Of a stretch of DNA of 16,276 nucleotides, positions 8,187-15,671 are shown piece after piece. Origin of the DNA: Candidatus Auribacterota bacterium (lineage in GTDB: Bacteria > Auribacterota > UBA6266). Positions within the stretch are counted from its first letter, which is position 1; the number at the start of each line of letters is the position of its first letter. The translations under genes were made by a program, and so were the position numbers. The stretch is from assembly GCA_023136205.1 (NCBI GenBank), contig JAGLRQ010000107.1, positions 1-16,276 of the forward strand, written 5' to 3'. The notes below the pieces were generated by a model, which saw nothing but the letters and a program-made list of their open reading frames with translations, did no database searches and was not told the origin of the DNA.

Positions 8187-8356
8187 TTTCCTCTCCGCAA
8201 AATCTTTCAGGGAAGTGCGCTTATCCTATAACCCCGGTCAAGGAATATTACTTCCTGTTTAAACTTATCTTTGTTGATTTTATCGACAAGCAACTCCAGC
8301 AGTTTTTCATTGCCGCCTACATCAAAACTGTTTATAATGTGAACGATCTTTATTAT
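8187..8356 (-). pseudogene. Relic of a glycosyltransferase 5' end (homologue of 5484-6593), start codon lost and frameshifted
   Basis: Minus-strand translation gives IKIVHIINSFDVGGNEKLLELLVDKINKDKFKQEVIFLD, against MKIIHVINSFDIGGNEKLLELLIDKINRDKFKQEVIFLD in the intact gene. ATG has become ATA at 8353-8351, and the nearest upstream in-frame codon run begins after a TAG with no canonical start. A 2-nt length difference at 8226-8237 breaks the frame, and a TGA follows. Homology ends 1-2 nt before the radical SAM ATG. Confidence 0.85.
8190..8196 (-). promoter_or_regulatory. Shine-Dalgarno of the radical SAM gene (GGAGAGG)
   Basis: Minus strand reads GCGGAGAGGAAAAATG. This sequence sits inside the glycosyltransferase relic and is homologous to coding codons (GCAGAGAGAAAGGGG, A-E-R-K-G) of the intact copy. 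Confidence 0.6.
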
Positions 8357-8425
8357 GGTAAAACACCGAATGCATTTCTAACCTAGCTCCAGTTTTATAT
8401 GTACATAGACTTTTATGAACCAAAA

Positions 8426-9694
8426 TCACATAAAAACAAAATCTTTTTTAACAAACACAAGATAGTAAGAAGTAAAATACGAGCCTATCCAGTATACTCC
8501 ATTAGCAATTACAGCTCCTGCTATTCCGAAATAATATATTAGTGGTATCATAAGAAGTATAGCTATTGTGGGAAAAAGAACATTTAATAAATATAATCCC
8601 TTGATATAGTTCTGAGATTCAAACAATGTTTTAATAATCTGTGATGGAAATCCAAAGGACATAAGCAGTATCAATAGTTGAGAATAAACTATCGAACTTT
8701 CATATGTTTTTGAAAAAAACAACAGAATAAGGGGCCTTGCAACTAAAAAACCGATTACTCCAAGTGAAACAGATAGAATCGTTATCAACAAAAATTTATT
8801 TTTCACTTTTAAAAAAGCTTTCTCTCTTTCTAATTCCGAGAGCTTTGGGAAAATCAAACTCGTTTCTATCATAAGCAGGCTCTTTAACTGATTTTGAAAG
8901 GAATATGCTACCTGGTAAATAGCTAAAGCCTGAAAACCAAGAAAAGCGCCCACTATTATTTTATCAAGATTAACAAACAATATGCCTATTGCTCCTATAA
9001 AGGTAATGTGCTTAGAGAATTTAACGCCATCTCTTATATCATGTTTTTTTTCGGGAAGTTTTCTCAAAATAGAAGACGTAATAACTAAATTAAAAATAAC
9101 ATGGGCTAATAACGCTGCCAAAATTATAATTGGCAAAGAAGCCTTTCTAAAGATACTAATCAATATAAAGACAATTGATAATATTGATATAGCAGAAATT
9201 AAAGAAGCATAAATCCCAAATTTCTTGTTCCCAATATAGAATGCTGTCCAGAGATTATATCCGCAATACGGGACAAAAAATATTCCAGCGATCACAAATG
9301 AAGAAGACAGGATGGGTTGGCTCGCAATAAAATAATAATATAAAGCAACAATAAAACAACCAGCCATTCCCAAAAAAGAATATTTAACTTTTACAAAACT
9401 TAGCCGTCTAAAGGAACCGATATTCCCAATTGCAATTGAATTAACGGTAGCTATTTTTAAACCGGGAAGGCTTGCCATGGTTAAAATTGCCAATACCGAC
9501 ATAATAAATGCAAACTGGCCAAAAATGTTCTCTGTGGAAAAACGGGCGAAAGCAATATTTTGGGTCAGTTTTGCAAAAGAATTAACAAACAAAGGAAGCA
9601 ACATAAGCAGCGTGTTTTTAAAAAAATACCTTACATTGACCTTTGTTAATCTTTCAAGCAAATCTAATATTGAATTTATTGGATTTCTTAACAT
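8426..9694 (-). CDS. Polysaccharide/O-unit flippase, Wzx-like (MOP superfamily)
   Basis: The 422-aa ORF is very hydrophobic, with roughly 12 predicted helices by eye, short Lys/Arg-rich loops and a low-GC gene. Its size and its position in a GT/Wzy_C cluster are typical of Wzx. ATG start with GAAGGA 5 nt upstream. The call rests on architecture rather than a sharp motif. Confidence 0.7.
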   Translation of the reverse strand: MLRNPINSILDLLERLTKVNVRYFFKNTLLMLLPLFVNSFAKLTQNIAFARFSTENIFGQFAFIMSVLAILTMASLPGLKIATVNSIAIGNIGSFRRLSFVKVKYSFLGMAGCFIVALYYYFIASQPILSSSFVIAGIFFVPYCGYNLWTAFYIGNKKFGIYASLISAISILSIVFILISIFRKASLPIIILAALLAHVIFNLVITSSILRKLPEKKHDIRDGVKFSKHITFIGAIGILFVNLDKIIVGAFLGFQALAIYQVAYSFQNQLKSLLMIETSLIFPKLSELEREKAFLKVKNKFLLITILSVSLGVIGFLVARPLILLFFSKTYESSIVYSQLLILLMSFGFPSQIIKTLFESQNYIKGLYLLNVLFPTIAILLMIPLIYYFGIAGAVIANGVYWIGSYFTSYYLVFVKKDFVFM

Positions 9695-9742
9695 TTAATC
9701 CTTCTCTAAAACTAAAAATAAACCTTGTATTTTTTCCGTTTT

Positions 9743-10429
9743 TTATTTTTTTACAGCCTTCCATAATAAATCTCTTGCAAATAACCGATTTAGTGTATGA
9801 GGTGTTTTTTCTGATACTTTCAGGAATGGCAATATTCTTCCCGTTAAAGGTAATATTTGAACATCAACAAAAAAATTTGATAATAAATTTTCCAATTGTA
9901 AATAAGAAAACATTTTCATGTGAGTTGGATCTGGCTCAAATTCTTTCCCAAACAAAAATTTTATTCTATTAAAAACACGAAAGCTATTTGGTACAGAACC
10001 TAAAAACAAACCACCATGCTTAAGTACTTCAAAAATTTTTTTTATAAAAGGCTCTGCATAATAAATATGTTCAACTATTTCACAGGCTACAATCACATCA
10101 AGTGATTCTCTCTCAAAAGGAAACTCTGTATTTAAATCAAGCCAAAGAGTTTTTATTCCAAGTTTTTCCCTGGCTATATTCAATGCAGCACTATCAACAT
10201 CCGCTCCGATTACCTCATTCCCATTAACAAAATATTTTGTTAATTCCCCATCCCTACAGCCCAAATCTAAAACTTTTTTCCCCTTCCCAATCCAATCTTT
10301 TAAATAATTACCTCGTTTGCCTTGACAATACAGGTAACCATATCTTTTTCTGGCTAAATGATGCGATTTGTAGATTTTTTCAAGAATAGACTTTGAAGAA
10401 TCTTTATCGTTATTAACAGATATACCCAT
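9743..10429 (-). CDS. Class I SAM-dependent methyltransferase
   Basis: The 228-aa ORF has motif I VLDLGCRDGELT, post-I VIGADVD, and DVIVACEIVEHI...LKHGGLFLGSVPN, typical of the Methyltransf_11/23-like fold. ATG start. Confidence 0.85.
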   Translation of the reverse strand: MGISVNNDKDSSKSILEKIYKSHHLARKRYGYLYCQGKRGNYLKDWIGKGKKVLDLGCRDGELTKYFVNGNEVIGADVDSAALNIAREKLGIKTLWLDLNTEFPFERESLDVIVACEIVEHIYYAEPFIKKIFEVLKHGGLFLGSVPNSFRVFNRIKFLFGKEFEPDPTHMKMFSYLQLENLLSNFFVDVQILPLTGRILPFLKVSEKTPHTLNRLFARDLLWKAVKK

Positions 10430-10452
10430 TCTATGTTCTTTCCTATAAATAC

Positions 10453-11523
10453 CTAAATTATCTCCTCAAGGAGACCCTTAAGATGCCTTCCTAAGGCCTG
10501 AGGTGTAAACTTCTTTATGGCCAATCGATAACCATTCTCGGCTATCCTCTCCCTTAGCTCTTGATTATTCTTCAGCTCTAATATGGCTGAGGCCAAAGAC
10601 TCAGGATCAGCTCTCCGACACAATTTCAGATGTTCGTTGTCTACAAAGATTTCTCTAATAGCTGGAGTATCAGCGGTGATGACAGGTTTTTTCGCCGCTA
10701 AGGCTTGGTAGACCTTGTTAGGAATCACCTTCTCTGTCTTTTTTGTCCTGCCAAATATCCCTAAACAGAGGTCCGCTTTAGCCACCAGAGAGGGGAGAAC
10801 TGCTGGAGGGACGGAATCCTGAAATATGAGGTTGTCTACCTTTATCCTGCTGGCCAAATCCCGCATCTCTTGCCAGGTTTGTCCCTTGCCCACCAACTCG
10901 AACCTAATCTTGGATTCTTTTTCTAATATTTTGGCGGCCTCAATAATATATTGAATCCCATGCAAAGGGATGTAGGTTCCCCAGAAGAGGACTAAAAAAC
11001 GGGAGTTTGCTCTCTTGAGGGGTTGGGGGAAGAAGAGGTCATTATCTGCCCCGACAAAGACTTTCCTTAACTTGGTTATTTTAATCTTAAACTCACGACA
11101 GAAATAATCCAGATGCTGATTGGTATCAGCCAGAACAAGGTCAGCTAAATTCATTGAAAATTTATCAAACCAGAAGTAGTACCTTGCTCTAAGAGAATTC
11201 TCCTTGACTAATCTTCTATCAAAGACATTTGTGTCATAAAGAGAGGTAAAGGGGTCAAAGACCAATGGTTTCTTGGTAAGCTTAGCCAAAAGATAGGCCA
11301 AAGGGAGGATTGTTTGATTACATTCTGCCACGATGACGGCTTTACATCCTCTAAAAACCCTCAGATACTGCCTGAGTAATAGAGGATATCTCTGGTAACT
11401 CTTCAGTTGAGGAGAAAGGTTGCACTCGACCACCTCAACATCATTGGCTTGTAGGCCTTTCCTCAAAACGGCATTACGGGCATACTCTCTATTATATGCT
11501 CCAAAGTAACAGATTTTCATCAT
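10453..11523 (-). CDS. Glycosyltransferase, GT-B fold (GT4-like)
   Basis: The 356-aa ORF starts MMKICYFGAYN. Its C-terminal half has FRLVLFWGTYIPLHG..., GIFGRTKKTEKVIPNKVYQALAAKKPVITADTPAIREIF, a GT-B C-domain pattern. Sampled lines of this gene are noticeably more GC-rich than those of neighbouring genes. Confidence 0.75.
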   Translation of the reverse strand: MMKICYFGAYNREYARNAVLRKGLQANDVEVVECNLSPQLKSYQRYPLLLRQYLRVFRGCKAVIVAECNQTILPLAYLLAKLTKKPLVFDPFTSLYDTNVFDRRLVKENSLRARYYFWFDKFSMNLADLVLADTNQHLDYFCREFKIKITKLRKVFVGADNDLFFPQPLKRANSRFLVLFWGTYIPLHGIQYIIEAAKILEKESKIRFELVGKGQTWQEMRDLASRIKVDNLIFQDSVPPAVLPSLVAKADLCLGIFGRTKKTEKVIPNKVYQALAAKKPVITADTPAIREIFVDNEHLKLCRRADPESLASAILELKNNQELRERIAENGYRLAIKKFTPQALGRHLKGLLEEII

Positions 11524-11640
11524 CCCTTACATTCCCTAATGAAACTCGAATTTTCCAAATCGCAAAATTTACAGTCGATTCCCCAGGAAAAAACTATGCG
11601 CATAATCTCTCCCTCGCTATGCAGCGCAACGGAATAGCGG

Positions 11641-12300
11641 TTAGGTACAACGCTGTGCTCGTATCAAGTACTGAAAAGCAAGAAAGTTCCTCATGCCGGG
11701 AATCGCAAGAAACTTGGCAAAACGATTCAGTCTATGGCCTCTTTCTATAAACCTGTAATTTGTTTTGATTGTGTCGATTGATAAATCTGCGCTATCAAAT
11801 AATTCCATTATGTTTCTTTTAGTAAAGAATCTGAGGTGTGTTTGGTCGTGAATGCCCCTCTCCCTGTATGGCCAATTCCCTTTAAACACCAGATTAAAAA
11901 TCGTATCTAAATGTCTAACGTTAGGGATTGATGCGATTATTGTGCCGTCGTTTTCCAGATATCTCGCTGCTCCCCTCAAGACAGACCAAGGATCGATTAA
12001 GTGCTCTAATATATCAGCGAAAATTATTGTATCAAATCTAAAATCCTGCATTTTACCTTGAAGTATTATTTCTGCAGCATCACCCACGAAAACCTTGTCC
12101 AACCGATCAGAGGCAACATGCGCCATTTCTTGTGACAGTTCAATTCCAAAAACTCGTGCGCCCGTTCTTGCTTTGATTGCCGCGCCCAGGGTGCCAGTAC
12201 TACATCCTATATCAAGGATGGTTTTGGCATTGGGGGAAACCAACCTTTCTATGTCTGGTCGTTGTCCTATATAGGACGGATTAAGGTCTCTTATATCCAT
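11641..12300 (-). CDS. Class I SAM-dependent methyltransferase
   Basis: The 219-aa ORF has motif I ILDIGCSTGTLG, post-I VFGIELS, then FDTIIFADILEHL and NDGTIIASIPN. It is the intact homologue of the stump at 6603-6782. Confidence 0.88.
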   Translation of the reverse strand: MDIRDLNPSYIGQRPDIERLVSPNAKTILDIGCSTGTLGAAIKARTGARVFGIELSQEMAHVASDRLDKVFVGDAAEIILQGKMQDFRFDTIIFADILEHLIDPWSVLRGAARYLENDGTIIASIPNVRHLDTIFNLVFKGNWPYRERGIHDQTHLRFFTKRNIMELFDSADLSIDTIKTNYRFIERGHRLNRFAKFLAIPGMRNFLAFQYLIRAQRCT

Positions 12301-12312
12301 ATCATTCCTCTT

Positions 12313-13401
12313 TCACTTTTTAATGCAACTCTCGAGCGCAGTATATATATTGGAAACACAATTTTCCAGTTTATGCTGCTCAACAACAATATTTCTCAAA
12401 TGCAATCCTAAAGCATTTTTTTTGTCAGCCGGCATCGCAGAAAACTTCTCTATCCTTTGGACAAGTTTATGAGGACTGTTTTCATTGATGAAACAATCCT
12501 CAAGGTTACTCATAAGTAACTTTTTTAAAGCCCCGTTATTAGTAATTATCAGGAGCCCACTGCTCATTGCTTCCAACACAGCTTTATCATAACTACCGAC
12601 GTCAGTCAAGCTTACCAAGACATCACATGATTTATATAATGAACCAATTTTCTGATGCAATACAGGTCCAATAAACTTTACCATATCAGTAAGACCGCAA
12701 TTTTTTATCATTCTTTTTAATCTCTCACAATAATCACGATGTTTGTTTATTAAAACATCCCCAGCAATTATACATTTGAATTTAACTTTTCCACTGTCCT
12801 TAAGTTTTTTTAATGCTTCTATAAGAACCTCAAGTCTTTTAACCGGAGCTATTCTACCTGCTGAAAGTATTTTTATAATTTTATCCTGCTTGCCATAATT
12901 TTTTAGATCAAATGTGGCAGTGTCTATCCCGTGTCCGGCAACAACTATTTTCTTTGATTTTAACGGGAAACTCTGTCTTGATGCTGTAATTATCTTATTA
13001 CAAATCAAGTGTGCTATTCTCAATTTCAAAGTTGCTTTACAGTGAATATACCATATAACAATGGGAATCTTGAATAACACTTTAAAAGGGACCAAAACCA
13101 GTGCATATACAGGGCACATGTGAATAAATATGCAGTCTATTCCCTTTTCTTTTTTTATTTTAAAAACAGTTGAATATAATATCTTAAGGATGTTTGTTTT
13201 TCCTGGATTATTTTTTTTCTTAATTTCAATAATTTTTACATTTTCCGGCAAATCATAATTTCCTGCTCTCAGTGTACACACGAAAACCTCTTTAAAAAAA
13301 GATGAAAATTCCGCTAACCATTTCGTAAAAAATCCAAGGAGCCAGTCATTTTCGTCTACAACCTGAGTAACGATTAAAATATTTAATTTTTTGTCTTTCA
13401 T
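12313..13401 (-). CDS. Glycosyltransferase, GT-B fold (GT4-like)
   Basis: The 362-aa ORF has N-terminal LNILIVTQVVDENDWLLGF. The C-domain reads ILSAGRIAPVKRLEVLIEA...CDVLVSLTDVGSYDKAVLEAMSSGLLIITNN. The gene is very AT-rich. Confidence 0.75.
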   Translation of the reverse strand: MKDKKLNILIVTQVVDENDWLLGFFTKWLAEFSSFFKEVFVCTLRAGNYDLPENVKIIEIKKKNNPGKTNILKILYSTVFKIKKEKGIDCIFIHMCPVYALVLVPFKVLFKIPIVIWYIHCKATLKLRIAHLICNKIITASRQSFPLKSKKIVVAGHGIDTATFDLKNYGKQDKIIKILSAGRIAPVKRLEVLIEALKKLKDSGKVKFKCIIAGDVLINKHRDYCERLKRMIKNCGLTDMVKFIGPVLHQKIGSLYKSCDVLVSLTDVGSYDKAVLEAMSSGLLIITNNGALKKLLMSNLEDCFINENSPHKLVQRIEKFSAMPADKKNALGLHLRNIVVEQHKLENCVSNIYTALESCIKK

Positions 13402-13410
13402 CGAGCACTC

Positions 13411-14547
13411 TTATCCGATTTTTTGACCGAGTGTTTTTTCAATCATTTGAAAATAATTTTCTGCGAATTTTATTGTGCTGAAATTTTCTTCAACAAAGTT
13501 TTTTCCGTTTAAACCCATAATTTTCATTTTTCCCTTATTGTTGAAAGCAAATAATATTTTTTCTGCCAATGATTCTGGATCTGCAGGCTGAATTAGCAGC
13601 CCTGTTTCTCCATCAATAATTAATTCGGGAATTCCTCCGACACAACTTGCTATTGCGGGCCTTGAACAGGCAAATGCTTCAAGGATTACCCTCGGAAGGC
13701 CTTCAGTGATTGAAGGTAATATCAATGCAATTGAACTATGTATAAAATCTGCAATTTCTCCCTGAGTTTTGTTGCCCAAAAATATAAACTCATTATCTAA
13801 TTTAAGGGTTTTTACTCGATTAGCAAACATTCCTTTCTCTTCGCCACTGCCGATTATTAAAACCTCCAGTTTGGTATGTTTTTCTTTTGCAATGGAAACA
13901 GCGTCAATTAATGTATCAATTCCCTTCAAATGGATAATCTGTCCTACAAAGATAAAACGGTTTTGTATAATTTCTTTTTCCTTAGAATCAAAAAATATTT
14001 CGATGTCAGTATATGTCGGAAAAATAAATTTAGGTTTTTGAAATTCGCCAACAACTTTTTCAATTTCTTTTGAAATAATTCTAATTGCATCACTTTTGTT
14101 TAATGCCCATTTCCCCATCAAATCAGTTATCCATTTGAATCCACTGCCAATCCTTTTATAGACAACCGGCGCTTTATCCCATTCTCCATGAATTTCAATA
14201 ATTAATTTGATTCTTGGTTGCAGTATTTTAATAAAAGTGCCGGCAATTCCCTCAAACGGAGATTGACATACAATAATAGATATATCTTTTCTTCCAACCA
14301 GCAGAATTCCCTTTAAAAAGGCATAGATTAAAAAATACGCCTGCCTGAGATAATTTGGAACTCTTGAAGAAATCAGGTAAAAATCGGCATTTTCATTAAA
14401 ATGAAGCTTCCCTTTTCCATTATGAAGGCTGATAAATGTCATATCCAGCTTTTGCGAGAGGGCCTTTACTTTTTTCGCGTTAGTTTGATTCAGGGGTTTT
14501 GAGTAACGTGCCCCGCCGATAAACAATACTTTTGTTTTTTTATCCAT
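13411..14547 (-). CDS. Glycosyltransferase, GT4 family
   Basis: The 378-aa ORF contains FIFVGQIIHLKGIDTLIDA and LPSITEGLPRVILEAFACSRPAIASCVGGIPELIIDGETGLL, the canonical GT4 E-x7-E region. Confidence 0.9.
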   Translation of the reverse strand: MDKKTKVLFIGGARYSKPLNQTNAKKVKALSQKLDMTFISLHNGKGKLHFNENADFYLISSRVPNYLRQAYFLIYAFLKGILLVGRKDISIIVCQSPFEGIAGTFIKILQPRIKLIIEIHGEWDKAPVVYKRIGSGFKWITDLMGKWALNKSDAIRIISKEIEKVVGEFQKPKFIFPTYTDIEIFFDSKEKEIIQNRFIFVGQIIHLKGIDTLIDAVSIAKEKHTKLEVLIIGSGEEKGMFANRVKTLKLDNEFIFLGNKTQGEIADFIHSSIALILPSITEGLPRVILEAFACSRPAIASCVGGIPELIIDGETGLLIQPADPESLAEKILFAFNNKGKMKIMGLNGKNFVEENFSTIKFAENYFQMIEKTLGQKIG

Positions 14548-14555
14548 CTCTAAAA

Positions 14556-15671
14556 TCAGCTTTCAAATAAACTTAAAAGATTTTTAAGATAATCATCCCA
14601 GGAAAAATTCGACGATTTGCTAATACAATTTTCTTTCATCTCCTGCTTAAGAGAAGCATCCTCACAAATTTTTAATATGCTTTCTTTAAAATCCTCGTAT
14701 TTATCAGCTTTCACCAAAAAACCGTTAAAGCCGTTTTCGATAATTTCCCTGTTGCCTCCAACATCAGTTGCAACCGAGGGAAGCCCGGCAAACTGAGCTT
14801 CTATTAAAACATGCGACAGCCCCTCGGTAATACTGTTTAACAGGAAACAATCGGACGACTTCATATATTCAAAAACATTATTCTCCTCCACGGAGCCGAG
14901 AAATATTATTCTTTCCCTCAAACCATAATCTGTTATGAGATTCTGAAGGTATTCTTTCTGAGGCCCTTCGCCGATTATTGCCAGGTTATAATTCTCAGGA
15001 AGCTGGGAGAGCATTTTTATCAACAGATCAAACCTTTTCAGTGACACCAGCCTTCCCGCCGTTAAAAGGATATATCCCTTTTTCCCCAATGATTTTACAT
15101 TGCTAATTTTCTCAGGCGGTTTGTAACCGCTTTTTATAACATAGACATCCGCTTTTTTTATCCCCCACCCTGAAACTATCTTTTTCAGGTAATTGCTCGG
15201 AACAATAATCCTGTCCATCTTGCCGGCAGAAAGAACCTGGATTTTTCTTAAAACAGCCAGCAGCCACCGTTTTTTCTCATGCTGAAAATCAACAACAGAA
15301 CTTTTAAGGCCAAAGTTTCTCTGTCCGTATTCCCACGCAAAATCTCTGACTATCCGCATTATTTTTTTTTGTTTCTTTAGAAAAAAACTCGCAAGGAACA
15401 CTGGTAAATCAAGACCATTTATATATATGATATCACTCTTCGTTCCGGCCTTAATAATTGCCCAGACAGCCTTAATCTGCCTCAACAGCCAATTGCTGCT
15501 TCTCGAAACGCGCGTTACTCCGTTTTCATTATCATCAGACAGCTGTTTGCCATATGTAAAAACGGATACCCTGTTCCCCCTTGACTCCAATTCCTTTTTA
15601 AGCCTGCAACAATGTTGTGCGGGACCCCCGATATCCGGAGGGTAAATGCCGGTTATAATGAATATCTTCAT
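14556..15671 (-). CDS. Glycosyltransferase, GT4 family
   Basis: MKIFIITGIYPPDIGGPAQH is a typical GT4 N-terminus, and LNSITEGLSHVLIEAQFAGLPSVATDVGGNREIIENGFNGFL follows later. The track start at 15710 is TTG. The ATG at 15671-15669 overlaps the rmlD stop as ATGA (translational coupling) and removes a non-homologous 13-aa extension. Confidence 0.9.
   Translation of the reverse strand: MKIFIITGIYPPDIGGPAQHCCRLKKELESRGNRVSVFTYGKQLSDDNENGVTRVSRSSNWLLRQIKAVWAIIKAGTKSDIIYINGLDLPVFLASFFLKKQKKIMRIVRDFAWEYGQRNFGLKSSVVDFQHEKKRWLLAVLRKIQVLSAGKMDRIIVPSNYLKKIVSGWGIKKADVYVIKSGYKPPEKISNVKSLGKKGYILLTAGRLVSLKRFDLLIKMLSQLPENYNLAIIGEGPQKEYLQNLITDYGLRERIIFLGSVEENNVFEYMKSSDCFLLNSITEGLSHVLIEAQFAGLPSVATDVGGNREIIENGFNGFLVKADKYEDFKESILKICEDASLKQEMKENCISKSSNFSWDDYLKNLLSLFES

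Noticed and set aside
8394-8423. Sigma70-like hexamers on the minus strand after the flippase stop (TTGGTT, 18 nt, TATAAA) and a 10-bp palindrome TATGTACATA (8398-8407), considered as an internal promoter or operator feeding the radical SAM gene.
   Set aside because: The -35 match is weak, and AT-rich spacers generate such matches readily. The host phylum and its promoter consensus are unknown. I cannot support this without transcript-start data.
11560-11575. CKFC in the 27-aa sORF resembles the GCKFC of the radical SAM cluster motif (7625-7640), raising the idea of an rSAM-gene relic or an rSAM-modified precursor peptide.
   Set aside because: The match is four residues with no flanking similarity. 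The sORF is 3.3 kb and four genes away from the rSAM gene, and no RiPP-type partner (RRE/peptidase/exporter) is present. This is too weak to claim.
15362-15370. Homopolymeric A/T tracts inside glycan genes as possible slipped-strand phase-variation switches. The tracts are A9 on the coding strand at 15362-15370 (GT) and A8 at 12416-12423, 13211-13218, 9044-9051 and 10036-10043.
   Set aside because: All are Lys-codon (AAA/AAG) runs in an AT-rich, Lys-rich coding background. None exceeds 9 nt, and there are no long G/C tracts of the kind that usually drive phase variation. Without population read data showing length heteroplasmy this is not supportable. Tract-length variation in reads would be worth a look.
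1170-15645. Plus-strand ORFs in the track: 1170-1367, 2047-2247, 3598-3885, 5235-5429, 5524-5874, 7935-8123, 8982-9212, 9477-9698, 9643-9972, 11496-11750, 11852-12061, 13769-14041 and 15427-15645.
   Set aside because: Each lies antisense to a long minus-strand gene with clear family motifs. Their translations are low-complexity or Ser/Leu/Ile/Phe-rich with no recognisable motifs, and none has an evident SD. They are shadow ORFs, as expected in AT-rich sequence.
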